Shown: in pieces, positions 7,393 to 16,328 of the stretch | Numbering within the stretch: the stretch's first letter is position 1 | Layout of the letters: every line of letters begins with the position of its first letter | Source of the DNA: an uncultured Bacilli bacterium | GTDB taxonomy: Bacteria > Bacillota_I > Bacilli_A > RF39 > UBA660 | Length of the DNA: 17,230 bases | Direction: 5' to 3' | NCBI GenBank assembly: GCA_949065595.1 | Contig: CARSXK010000007.1 | Coordinates: 16,539-33,768, forward strand | Made by a program: the position numbers and the translations under genes | Notes under the pieces: model-generated | What the model saw: only the letters and a program-made list of their open reading frames with translations | The model's database searches: none | What the model was told of the DNA's origin: nothing

Positions 7393-8412
7393 TTAACGAT
7401 TTAACAATATATCTTTCCATTTCGAACAATCACTTGTCTTTTTAATATGATTATAAAATGCATTTTTTCGTACCAACACATAAGTATCATCAACCACACC
7501 CTTACGATATAACTTACCCAATGTTTTTAAATGTTTCTTCATTCTTTGTTTAGAAGAATATCTTAATTTCATGATAATTCTCCCACTAGAACTTACAATA
7601 TGACGATATCCTAAAAAATCAATTCCATTTTTTACCATACCAATTTGTGTTTTTTGATTGAGCTGTAAATCTAAAACAGTATTACATAATCTATTTATTT
7701 CATTTTTACAATGTGATAAAAACTTTTTATCTCTATGGATTAGTATCATATCATCCATATACCTTACATAATGTTTTACTTGCAATACCTCTTTGATATA
7801 ACGATCTACTACATTCAAGTAAAAAAGCGCAAACCATTGACTCGATTGATTTCCAAGCGGTAGTCCTCTATCTGCATAATCTGGCTGTTCCTGAACTAAT
7901 TTTCGGATCAACCACATTTCATCTTCAGAAAAATCAATTTTTTCTAATAAATGAATTAAAATATCATGATGGATACTCGGAAAATATTTATGAATATCAC
8001 ATTTTAAAAAATAAATATGATTGTTATTTTCCTTGCGATATTCTTTTCTTAAAAATTGATGTAAGCGATTGATTGCAAATGTAGTACCTTTTCCCTTTCG
8101 GCAAGCACAGTTATCATAGATCAGTTTCTTTTCTATGTTTGGTTTTAAACAAACATCACAAAAACATCTAATGACTACTCTATCTTTAAAAGGTAAAGCT
8201 TCTATTAATCGTTCTTTTGGTTCATAAATATAAAATTTTTTGTATGATCCTAACTGGTATTGTTTAGTCCAAAGCGCATTCATTAAACGATATAAATTGA
8301 TGGCTAAATCAGTTTCAAAACGAATGACCTCACCTTTATGTTGTTTTGATTTACGACAATTTTTATATGCCGTATATAAATTTTCAAACGTAAAGATTTC
8401 CTCTATTTGCAT
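7393..8412 (-). CDS. DGR-type reverse transcriptase
   Basis: 339 aa. Motifs in Bordetella bRT order: FENLYTAYKNCRKSK, YEPKERLIEALPFKDRVV, CACRKGKGT, FLKCDIHKYFPSI, GLPLGNQSSQWFALFYLNVVDRYIKE (the DGR-specific GxxxSQ motif), VRYMDDMILI, GIDFLGYR. GAGGAG lies 7 nt upstream of the ATG. Confidence 0.93.
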   Translation of the reverse strand: MQIEEIFTFENLYTAYKNCRKSKQHKGEVIRFETDLAINLYRLMNALWTKQYQLGSYKKFYIYEPKERLIEALPFKDRVVIRCFCDVCLKPNIEKKLIYDNCACRKGKGTTFAINRLHQFLRKEYRKENNNHIYFLKCDIHKYFPSIHHDILIHLLEKIDFSEDEMWLIRKLVQEQPDYADRGLPLGNQSSQWFALFYLNVVDRYIKEVLQVKHYVRYMDDMILIHRDKKFLSHCKNEINRLCNTVLDLQLNQKTQIGMVKNGIDFLGYRHIVSSSGRIIMKLRYSSKQRMKKHLKTLGKLYRKGVVDDTYVLVRKNAFYNHIKKTSDCSKWKDILLNR

Positions 8413-8639
8413 ACGTTACTCCTCTCAAAAAAAAGAAACACCCCTGATAACGCCCAAAGAATGATTCCATTCGTTGTTTGTGTGAGTGTTCATGTATTTT
8501 TCCATCGCACTAAGAATTCTCTTTTAGCGGTTAGAAAAGAAGAAAATTCCTTCACCTTACAATACGGACCTATTTTACATAAAATAAATTTCTCTGATCT
8601 GTTTTCTAGATTTGATTTCAAATCTCTTCAAAAGTGAAT
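8413..8639 (-). ncRNA. Untranslated spacer between TR and RT (probable Sp part of the DGR RNA)
   Basis: 227 nt with no credible same-strand ORF, lying between the 3' end of the TR and the RT ATG. It contains the hairpin AGATTTG-ATTT-CAAATCT (8608-8625), 15 nt beyond the end of the TR. The role is inferred by analogy with the Bordetella TR-Sp RNA. Confidence 0.4.
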
Positions 8640-8713
8640 CTGGACGCGCCCCAACATTGCGTTTTCTTACATTGTTTTAGTTACTATTACCGTTTTTGTT
8701 AACGACGCGCGCG
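8640..8713 (-). repeat. DGR template repeat (TR)
   Basis: Non-coding copy located between avd and RT. Minus-strand sequence: CGCGCGCGTCGTTAACAAAAACGGTAATAGTAACTAAAACAATGTAAGAAAACGCAATGTTGGGGCGCGTCCAG. It carries A at all 9 positions that differ from the VR. Confidence 0.88.
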
Positions 8714-8791
8714 AGCACACCAAAAGGGGCAAGAACAAAAACGCACAACTAAAAATTTTCTCCTTAATTAAAGATTTTTCAATCTAAAATC

Positions 8792-9376
8792 CTAATTTCT
8801 TTTACGCCATCTTTCATCATCACTCTTTTTCCAAGCAACAATTAAATTGATGGCTTCTGCTAATTGAATGGATATTTGCTTATATTGCTTTTTTAAAATA
8901 CAATTAGAGTCTTCCGCAATCATCGCAACATACCCTAAAAGTTTTAACTTTACAATTGCTTCTTTTTGAAGCTGTTCTCGGCTTATTTTATTGGTTCCAG
9001 AGTCCATTCGAATCAAATTAGCTTCCAACAACAATTCTAATGTATCTAAACAATAATTCTGCATTCTATTCACAAATACGCCTCTAAACTTTTTAGGGGA
9101 TTTTTCCGTCACCGCAATTACATAAGCACCCAACTTCTTTACAACCGTAATTACCATTAGATCATTTGCATTGAACGGAATCTTGGAAATTCTTTCCAAT
9201 TCCTGATCTTCTATTTCTAATTTTTCTCTTAAAGTATTTATATTTATTTTTTGTTCATTTACACGGGCAAGCGCTTTTTTGATTGCAATGGCATCATCTA
9301 TACTATTTGCACTTGTTTCATATTGTTCTACTTGCTTTGGTATTTTTAAACTACCATTTCTATTTACCTGCAGCAC
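8792..9376 (-). CDS. avd: Avd-like accessory variability determinant (four-helix-bundle protein) with an N-terminal extension
   Basis: The C-terminal ~120 aa (KSPKKFRGVFVNRMQNYCLDTLELLLEAN...ILKKQYKQISIQLAEAINLIVAWKKSDDERWRKRN) fit the Avd/four-helix-bundle pattern, including the basic tail. The position immediately 5' of the TR also fits. The probable start is GTG at 9376, with AGGAG 10 nt upstream. Confidence 0.72.
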   Translation of the reverse strand: MLQVNRNGSLKIPKQVEQYETSANSIDDAIAIKKALARVNEQKININTLREKLEIEDQELERISKIPFNANDLMVITVVKKLGAYVIAVTEKSPKKFRGVFVNRMQNYCLDTLELLLEANLIRMDSGTNKISREQLQKEAIVKLKLLGYVAMIAEDSNCILKKQYKQISIQLAEAINLIVAWKKSDDERWRKRN

Positions 9377-9398
9377 TACATCACAGCTCCTGATTGGT

Positions 9399-9407
9399 AT
9401 TATATCA
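9399..9407 (-). promoter_or_regulatory. Candidate extended -10 (TGATATAAT) upstream of avd
   Basis: The reverse complement of 9399-9407 is TGATATAAT. The -35 is poor and the element lies very close to the avd RBS, so the call is tentative. Confidence 0.25.
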
Positions 9408-9632
9408 CAAGATTTTATATTTTAAAATCATTACTTTCATTTTTGAAACATATATTAATAGAACAAAATACCCATTACTATCCATTTTATATTAAGGGAA
9501 CTATTCGATAATTTTTAACCAACATCAAAAATAATGCTATATGCATATATAATATTTTATATCATTTTACGATATTTAAAAATAAGAAAAATGCCCTGAA
9601 GTTATTTAAAATCAAGACATTTTAATATCATC

Positions 9633-9708
9633 TGGTGTTCCCGACAGGACTCGAACCCGTATCGGTCCCTTAGGAGGGGACTGCTCTATCCTGCTGAGCT
9701 ACGAGAAC
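9633..9708 (-). tRNA. tRNA-Arg (anticodon CCT), CCA encoded
   Basis: Minus strand: GTTCTCGTAGCTCAGCAGGATAGAGCAGTCCCCTCCTAAGGGACCGATACGGGTTCGAGTCCTGTCGGGAACACCA. The 7-bp acceptor stem, D arm GCTC/GAGC, anticodon stem GTCCC/GGGAC with loop CTCCTAA, and T loop TTCGAGT all fold as a cloverleaf. Confidence 0.9.
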
Positions 9709-9756
9709 TTGTTAATATTGTACCACAATGAATTACAAAAAAAAATAGATTTGCAT

Positions 9757-10269
9757 CTATTTCAAAATATTTAGCATTAATAATAAAGAAAAATTAAATC
9801 CATAAGTAAGTTGATACTTAAATTTACAACCAAATTCATAAAGACCTACCAGTTTATCAACTGTACATATAATCCAACTTTCAGCATATTTTGGAATATG
9901 ATAGTCTACTGGAAACATATGTGTTTTAATCATATCCTCTTCCTTTTCTGTCAAAGAAAAGTACTTTTTTGCATTTATCGTTGCTACTTTAGGATGTCCA
10001 GTGGTAAACAATATTACCTTATCCTTTGTTTTTTCATAATTTGTTGTTCGATCTAGAAAAAAATCATGCAACAAACCAGCACGTGCTACTTGATCGTAAT
10101 CCAAACACAATGCTTTTGCAATTTTATAAGAATAATAAGAAACACGAAGTGAATGATTCATTCGAGTAGTTCCATGATGCACGACTGTTTCTAATTGACT
10201 AAATTCTTTATTTGCTAAAATCGGATTTACTAATTTCATATAGCATTTATCCCGATGATAATTGACCAT
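9757..10269 (-). CDS. HD-domain metal-dependent phosphohydrolase
   Basis: HHGTTRMNHSLRVSYYSYKIA...AGLLHDFF (H...HD motif). I prefer the ATG at 10269 (GAGGTGA 8 nt upstream) to the GTG at 10281. Confidence 0.78.
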   Translation of the reverse strand: MVNYHRDKCYMKLVNPILANKEFSQLETVVHHGTTRMNHSLRVSYYSYKIAKALCLDYDQVARAGLLHDFFLDRTTNYEKTKDKVILFTTGHPKVATINAKKYFSLTEKEEDMIKTHMFPVDYHIPKYAESWIICTVDKLVGLYEFGCKFKYQLTYGFNFSLLLMLNILK

Positions 10270-10407
10270 TTTTACTTTCACCTCAAGTACTATTACATTA
10301 TATCATAAAATTAAGAATTTAATCATTATTTTTATAACAATTTTAAAATTTATTCTAAAAAAGATAACAAAATACTTGAAAAACCTATGTATTTGATACA
10401 TAAAGTT

Positions 10408-11430
10408 TTAGGAAATAATGGCTGTTTGATAAGTTGGAAGCACTTGAATAAATGTATTTCCATCATTGACCGTAATTGGTGTTCCATCTAAATAAGAATA
10501 TACCGTCTGTGCGGATCTAGAAGTTTTACTCCAAGTAATCGGTACTGCATACCCATTTGTAATATAGTAACCTGTTCCTGTTCCAACTGTATCCAAATTT
10601 TGTCTTCCATAAGAATCCATATTATAATTGTTGACACTTGCAATAATAATATTTTTAAAATGATATTGTTCATTTGTTACGGCATCTTTATGAATCTCAT
10701 CATTGACAGAACGCAAATATACTTTTTGTTCTGGGTCATATTGGTATGAAGTTGTCACGTATGCAGAATATCTTAACGTAAGTGCACTTGCAACAATCGC
10801 ATCTTCCCTTGTCTCTAAACCAAATTCATCAACACTATAATGAAGCAACAAGGGTTGATCTGAAGTCATACGATACCCTTTATTATTTGCTGTATGTTGG
10901 ATACGGTCCATATCTGTAAACGCAGTGTGCTCATAATCCACACCTAACGTACGATCTCGATAAAAACCATCATCATATAAACCATTGATATTAGAAACGC
11001 CTAAAGCAGAAATATCGGTCTGTGCTTTTGGACTCCATCCAAAATGAACATAAATTGCGTCATGTTCTAATGCATAATCCAAAAAATTATGACGAGAACT
11101 ACGCACAGATCCAATCCGAGCTGTTGACTGATCTTTAAAAATAGCCATTAACCGTGTCAAGCCACCTTCCACAATCATCTCATATACAATATAGGCATCC
11201 TGTAACCCCGCATGATTTCTTCTTGCCTGTGCATGATTATTAATCATAATCGCATATGGTCTACTGTTAGAATCCTCATTTATAATTTGCAATTTTGGAA
11301 CAGGGATTTCTTCTACTGGTGGCTGTTCTACCTTTGGTATCTCTTGTTTCGGTTTCCATAAGGATACTCCAAATACAACTCCTCCTCCAATCAATAAAAG
11401 AAATAATATTATAACAACTACCTTTTTCAT
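10408..11430 (-). CDS. DUF3048 domain-containing protein (YerB-like), secreted or membrane-anchored
   Basis: N-terminal signal/TM segment MKKVVVIILFLLLIGGGVVFG, then RPYAIMINNHAQARRNHAGLQDAYIVYEMIVEGGLTRLMAIF, which is typical of DUF3048. Confidence 0.82.
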   Translation of the reverse strand: MKKVVVIILFLLLIGGGVVFGVSLWKPKQEIPKVEQPPVEEIPVPKLQIINEDSNSRPYAIMINNHAQARRNHAGLQDAYIVYEMIVEGGLTRLMAIFKDQSTARIGSVRSSRHNFLDYALEHDAIYVHFGWSPKAQTDISALGVSNINGLYDDGFYRDRTLGVDYEHTAFTDMDRIQHTANNKGYRMTSDQPLLLHYSVDEFGLETREDAIVASALTLRYSAYVTTSYQYDPEQKVYLRSVNDEIHKDAVTNEQYHFKNIIIASVNNYNMDSYGRQNLDTVGTGTGYYITNGYAVPITWSKTSRSAQTVYSYLDGTPITVNDGNTFIQVLPTYQTAIIS

Positions 11431-11506
11431 ACGCTCACCTATCTAATTTCATTATAACAAAAAAAATAGGAATCATGAAAAAATATCATCCTATTTTACC
11501 TGCCCT

Positions 11507-12670
11507 TTACAGTACAATTCCATGAAATGCCATATAAATTAGAAATACTGTAAAAATAATAGTCAAAATCCATCCATTGATTTTTTCAATACGTGTAGAT
11601 TTATAAGGAACACCAACTGCCATAGTAAGTAGATATCCCCCAATCAATCCTCCAATATGAGCTGCATTATCAATTCCAGAAATCGTAAAACCAATAATCA
11701 AATTAAGCGCAATTAAAGGAATAACTTGGGATTTTAAGACTGTTCCTAAATAGATACGGTAATGATACCCAAAGAACAACAATGCTCCAAATAATCCAAA
11801 TATCGCTCCACTTGCTCCTGCACTAATAAAATTAGAAAAGATAATGGATAATAAATTTCCCATGACAGCACTTAACAAGTAGACAACAATATATTTGAAT
11901 CTCCCTAAAAAACTTTCAATTTGTGACCCAATGACATAAAGCGCATAATTATTCAGAAAAAAATGCAACAATCCAATATGAACGAAAGCACTAGTCAGTA
12001 GTCTATAGTACTCACCATCACGTACTCTTGCTCCATAGTTTGCTCCAAATTCAATTAAAGTAGAAACATCCCTACTACCTTCCCCTAATAGATACATTGC
12101 CAAAAAGACAACCGTATTAATGGCAATCAGAAGGTATGTCATAATTGGTTTTTTTTGCTCAAATACATGTTGGGCCTTCTTGGATTCTTCCTCATTTTTT
12201 TTACTAATATCCTTTGTAATTTTCATAAACAATTCTGCACCTTTTTCTTTAAAGGCTATTTTTTTTGTAATTGTTGGAAATTCTTCTATGATAAAAGGAT
12301 ACTTTTTCAAATCTGATACTTTTTGAATATTGGCACAACTAATATTTCCAAAATGCATATATTCATCCATATGCACACTTTCTCCTAAATTCAAAAATAA
12401 CGATAAAGCTTCCATATGGAAAGAACAAGTTTTCTTCTTAACTCTTTTTAATATTTGTTTGGTCCTGTATAAATCAAAACTCATTTGTTCATCATTGTGA
12501 ATATAATTAGATACAATTCGAACAACTGGATATGAATTTTCTAAATTTTCTAACCAAATTTCGTTTTTTGCACCATGTAATACAATTGGACTATATCCTT
12601 GCTCTGTTATGAAAAAATGCAAAAGTTTCATCACAAGTTCGTCACTTTTTTCTAGCATAATCTCTTCCAT
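11507..12670 (-). CDS. Rhomboid-family intramembrane serine protease
   Basis: Cytoplasmic N-terminal domain followed by a TM core with FVHIGLLHFFLNNYAL and the catalytic GASGAIFGLFGA and AHIGGLIGG motifs. Confidence 0.85.
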   Translation of the reverse strand: MEEIMLEKSDELVMKLLHFFITEQGYSPIVLHGAKNEIWLENLENSYPVVRIVSNYIHNDEQMSFDLYRTKQILKRVKKKTCSFHMEALSLFLNLGESVHMDEYMHFGNISCANIQKVSDLKKYPFIIEEFPTITKKIAFKEKGAELFMKITKDISKKNEEESKKAQHVFEQKKPIMTYLLIAINTVVFLAMYLLGEGSRDVSTLIEFGANYGARVRDGEYYRLLTSAFVHIGLLHFFLNNYALYVIGSQIESFLGRFKYIVVYLLSAVMGNLLSIIFSNFISAGASGAIFGLFGALLFFGYHYRIYLGTVLKSQVIPLIALNLIIGFTISGIDNAAHIGGLIGGYLLTMAVGVPYKSTRIEKINGWILTIIFTVFLIYMAFHGIVL

Positions 12671-12733
12671 AATTTCCTCCAGTCAGTAATAATATTGTAT
12701 CTTATTTCATAGGATAAGTAAAGAGGTGCTTTC

Positions 12734-13189
12734 ATGAAAAAAATAATCACATTTTTACTTATTTTAGCTCCATGGTTTTTAGGGGGTCTATTATTTTCTT
12801 CCAATATCCAATTTTATGAATCATTAAATCTTCCCTTCTTCGCTCCACCTAGCTTTTTGTTTCCCATTATATGGACCATTTTATATATTTTAATTGCTAT
12901 TAGTGTTTACAAAGTATATCAAATTTATCATTTTAGTTATCTCAAAAGCTATAACAAATCTTTATTATGTAATTATATTTTAAATCAACTATTTCCATTT
13001 TTCTTTTTTCAATTAGAAAATATTTTCCTAGGATTTGTTGACTGTGTTGCTACTTTAATTACAGCGCTTTTTGTCTATTATGAAACAAAAGAGATTGATA
13101 AAAAAGCAAGTAAATTCCTGCTTCCATATGTATATTGGTGCTTATTTGCTTGTATCCTTTGTGTTACAATTTATTTTATGAACTTGTAA
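12734..13189 (+). CDS. tspO: TspO/MBR family (tryptophan-rich sensory) protein
   Basis: 151 aa with five TM segments. LNLPFFAPPSFLFPIIWTILYILIAIS matches the family signature. AAGAGGTG RBS. Confidence 0.8.
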   Translation: MKKIITFLLILAPWFLGGLLFSSNIQFYESLNLPFFAPPSFLFPIIWTILYILIAISVYKVYQIYHFSYLKSYNKSLLCNYILNQLFPFFFFQLENIFLGFVDCVATLITALFVYYETKEIDKKASKFLLPYVYWCLFACILCVTIYFMNL

Positions 13190-14078
13190 GTTGATCCACA
13201 ATATTAGAGAAACACGTAGGAAGTTCGCTTGTAAATTCCATATATTTTCCTGTAGTAGGATGAACAAAACCAAGACTTTTCGCATGTAAACATTGCCCGC
13301 TATCATCTATAATCTTGCGTCTTCCATAAACCGCATCATTGACAATGGGATACCCAATATAAGCCATGTGTACCCGAATTTGATGGGTCCTTCCTGTTTC
13401 TAATTGTAACTCAAGTAAAGTGGTATTGGAAAATCGTTCCAATACTTTAAAATGGGTTACAGCATTTTTACTATTGATATCTGTAACTGCCATTTTTTTT
13501 CGGTCATTCATGTCTCTTCCAATAGGAGCATCAATCGTCCCCGTATCAGCAGAAACAATCCCCCAAACAAGCGCAACATATTTCCGATATGTTGTTTTTT
13601 CTTCCAATTGTTTTGCCAAGGATTCATGTGCTTTGTTCGTTTTCGCAACCACCAATAAACCTGTAGTATCCGCATCAATACGGTGAACAATTCCAGGACG
13701 AAATTCTCCATTGATAGAACTCAAATGCTTTGAGTGGTATAAAAGCCCATTGACCAAAGTTCCACTGGGATTTCCAACAGCAGGATGGACAACAATTCCA
13801 TTCGCTTTATTGACTACCAGTAAATCATCATCTTCATAAACAATATCCAAATCCATTTTTTCTGGTTTTAAGTCCATCACTTCTTCCTGATATTCTTCAG
13901 CTTCTATTTCATCATTTTCTTTGATAATATAACTACTTTTTACGTTTTTTTGATTGACAAATACTTTATTCGTTTCTATCATGCTTTGTATTTTACTTCT
14001 ACTCAAATCCATTTGTTTGGATAAATAAGCATCAATACGAATTCCTACATCTTCTATTGTTACAATATATTTTTGCAT
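13176..14078 (-). CDS. rluD: RluA-family 23S rRNA pseudouridine synthase (RluD-like)
   Basis: N-terminal S4 domain (IRIDAYLSKQMDLSRSKIQSMI). Catalytic HRIDADTTGLLVVAKT. Also GRTHQIRVHMAYIGYPIVND. Sits downstream of lspA, as is common in Bacillota. Confidence 0.88.
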   Translation of the reverse strand: MQKYIVTIEDVGIRIDAYLSKQMDLSRSKIQSMIETNKVFVNQKNVKSSYIIKENDEIEAEEYQEEVMDLKPEKMDLDIVYEDDDLLVVNKANGIVVHPAVGNPSGTLVNGLLYHSKHLSSINGEFRPGIVHRIDADTTGLLVVAKTNKAHESLAKQLEEKTTYRKYVALVWGIVSADTGTIDAPIGRDMNDRKKMAVTDINSKNAVTHFKVLERFSNTTLLELQLETGRTHQIRVHMAYIGYPIVNDAVYGRRKIIDDSGQCLHAKSLGFVHPTTGKYMEFTSELPTCFSNIVDQLTSS

Positions 14079-14524
14079 CTTTTATCCTCCCTCCACATGA
14101 TTACAATGAGTAAAAAACCTCCAATAACAACCGCAATATCCGCCAAATTAAAGATTGGGGCATCATAACCCAATAATTGAAAATCCAAATAATCAACCAC
14201 GCCTGCACGAAAAATACGGTCAATTAAATTCCCAATAATACCGCCCAACAATAAACCAAAAGAAAAGATATTCCAAGAATCTTTTTTTTGTTTCTTTACC
14301 CATATATATAAGACAAATAAAACCATGATAGATAAAGCAATAATCGGAATTTGCGAACCCTCAAATAAACTAAAAGCCACTCCTCTGTTTTTGACAAATG
14401 TAAGTGAAAAAAAATGGGGAATCAAACCAACACTTTCTCCAAGTGCCATAAAAATGGTAACTAAATATTTTATCAGTTGATCTAATACAGTGATAAAACT
14501 TGCAATCCCAACTATTTTTTTCAC
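14060..14524 (-). CDS. lspA: Lipoprotein signal peptidase II
   Basis: 154 aa with four TM segments. Motifs NRGVAFSL and VVDYLDF...PIFNLADIAVVIG. GTG start preceded by GAGGTGA. Confidence 0.9.
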   Translation of the reverse strand: MKKIVGIASFITVLDQLIKYLVTIFMALGESVGLIPHFFSLTFVKNRGVAFSLFEGSQIPIIALSIMVLFVLYIWVKKQKKDSWNIFSFGLLLGGIIGNLIDRIFRAGVVDYLDFQLLGYDAPIFNLADIAVVIGGFLLIVIMWREDKRCKNIL

Positions 14525-14548
14525 ATAATCACCTCAATATCAATGCTT

Positions 14549-16222
14549 CTATTTACAAATTTGTTCTATATAAGTAACAATCTCTTCTTTTTTAATGTCC
14601 TTCGAAATTTCTTCATTTCTGAATTTGACCTCTACATATCCATCTACCAATTTTTTTCCAACTGTAATACGTATTGGTATTCCAATCAAATCCATATCAT
14701 TAAACTTAACCCCTGGTCGCACATCACGATCATCCAAAATAACATCAATACCCTTTTTCTTTAACATATCATATAATTCAGTTGCATATGCATTCCCACC
14801 AATGTCAATAATAGCGACTTGATAAGGCGCAATAGACATTGGAAAACAAATCCCATATTCATCATGGTTCTGTTCTACGATTGCAGCTAAAATTCTTCCA
14901 ATTCCAATCCCATAACATCCCATTTGAACTGGTTTTAAGTGATTATCCACGTCACTATATAATAGATCCAAAGCTTCTGAATACTTGGTACCTAGCTTAA
15001 AGGTATTTCCTACCTCAATCCCTTTTTTAAAAATAAGTGGGGCACCACAGTTTGGACAAGCATCTTGTTCTCTTACATTTTTAATATCCCCATGAATCTG
15101 ATAAGTAAAATCTTTGGTATTAACATTTTGATAATGATAATCAGTCTCATTCGCGCCTACTACATAATTGTACATATGTAATACTTCATCATCCACAACA
15201 ATTGGTATATCAAGTCCAATTGGACCTGCAAATCCAACCTTTGCATGTGTAATACGCTCAACATCAACCGTTTCTGCTAAAATCACTTCTTTGGCATGCA
15301 ACAATTTCCTTAATTTTAATTCATTTAACTCACGATTTCCAGATATCATACAAGCATAGTAATTTCCATCCACCTGATAAATTAAAGTTTTGACGATTTT
15401 GCTTTCTGATACATTTAAGTATTTTGTAATTTCTTCTATCGTTCCATGATTTGGAGTGTGTACTTTTTTGATCGGCAACAAATCTTCTTGCATACAATCC
15501 TTCACCACACAAGAACTCACTTCTATATTAGAAGCATAATCACATGCTTCACAAAGAACTAAAATATCTTCACCGATATCCGTAACCGCTTGAAATTCTT
15601 CAGACAAAAGCCCACCCATTGCTCCTGTATCTGCTGTTACAATTTTATAATTCAATCCAAGTCGATTAAAAATGGTTTGATATGTTTGATACATCTTTTG
15701 ATAAGAAAGGTTCATACTTTCTAAATCAGTATCAAAACTATAAGCATCTTTCATAATAAATTCACGAACTCGTATTAAGCCATATCTCGGTCTTGGCTCA
15801 TCCCGATATTTATTGGCCATTTGATATAAGTTAAAAGGCATGTCTTTATAAGATTTTATCTTCTCTTTCGCAACAGAAACAAATAACTCTTCATGAGTTG
15901 GTCCAAGTACATAATTACGATCCATTCTATCTTTTAAAGAAAACATACTAGATCCAAAAATATCTCTTCTTCCACTTGCAACATAAACATCTTCTGGAAG
16001 TAAACTAGGCATTACCAGTTCTTGAGCACCTGCTTGATTCATTTCTTCTCTCACTATTTTTTCAATCTTTTGAAGAACACGATATCCCAGTGGCAAATAG
16101 GAATATACTCCTGTTCCAAATTTTTTAATCATTCCACTACGCACAAGCAGATTTCCACTTATACTTTCTTCTTCCTTACTATCCTCTCTTACTGTAAAAA
16201 AGAAACTTGATTTTAATTTCAT
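14549..16222 (-). CDS. proS: Proline--tRNA ligase (bacterial type with an inserted editing domain)
   Basis: 557 aa. Class II motifs (FRDEPRPRYGLIRVREFIMKDAYSF; GCYGIGIGRILAAIVEQ), an INS domain in the middle, and a C-terminal anticodon-binding domain. Confidence 0.95.
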   Translation of the reverse strand: MKLKSSFFFTVREDSKEEESISGNLLVRSGMIKKFGTGVYSYLPLGYRVLQKIEKIVREEMNQAGAQELVMPSLLPEDVYVASGRRDIFGSSMFSLKDRMDRNYVLGPTHEELFVSVAKEKIKSYKDMPFNLYQMANKYRDEPRPRYGLIRVREFIMKDAYSFDTDLESMNLSYQKMYQTYQTIFNRLGLNYKIVTADTGAMGGLLSEEFQAVTDIGEDILVLCEACDYASNIEVSSCVVKDCMQEDLLPIKKVHTPNHGTIEEITKYLNVSESKIVKTLIYQVDGNYYACMISGNRELNELKLRKLLHAKEVILAETVDVERITHAKVGFAGPIGLDIPIVVDDEVLHMYNYVVGANETDYHYQNVNTKDFTYQIHGDIKNVREQDACPNCGAPLIFKKGIEVGNTFKLGTKYSEALDLLYSDVDNHLKPVQMGCYGIGIGRILAAIVEQNHDEYGICFPMSIAPYQVAIIDIGGNAYATELYDMLKKKGIDVILDDRDVRPGVKFNDMDLIGIPIRITVGKKLVDGYVEVKFRNEEISKDIKKEEIVTYIEQICK

Positions 16223-16319
16223 AAAATTCCCTCTTTCTGTTTTGCTCTATTTTTATTTTATGTTACCCACAAGGGGAAATTTTAAAGAATACATAAATTT
16301 CACCACATTTCTTACAAGT

Positions 16320-16328
16320 ATTATATCA
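16320..16328 (-). promoter_or_regulatory. Candidate extended -10 (TGATATAAT) for proS
   Basis: The reverse complement of 16320-16328 is TGATATAAT. It would give a leader of about 90 nt. No convincing -35. Confidence 0.25.

Larger units (their letters stand above)
7047..9376 (-). other. Diversity-generating retroelement core cassette (avd - TR - spacer - RT - target 5' end with VR)
   Basis: Combination of the four features above, all on one strand. Confidence 0.88.

Noticed and set aside
7393-8412. The RT as a retron or group II intron reverse transcriptase (with 8413-8790 as msr/msd)
   Set aside because: Its motifs follow the DGR pattern (LGNQSSQWFALFYL, YEPKERLI, FKDRVV) and not the retron pattern (PQGxxxSP, VTG) or the group II pattern. 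There is no maturase or endonuclease domain. The flanking repeats show adenine-specific TR/VR mismatches, not a1/a2 inverted repeats.
8407-8637. 76-aa plus-strand ORF in the TR-RT spacer
   Set aside because: It lies antisense to the DGR transcript, has no RBS and has low-complexity composition. It is better explained as chance in non-coding spacer.
13176-13189. 14-nt convergent overlap of the tspO and rluD 3' ends
   Set aside because: Short 3' overlaps of convergent genes are common in compact genomes, and nothing further distinguishes it.
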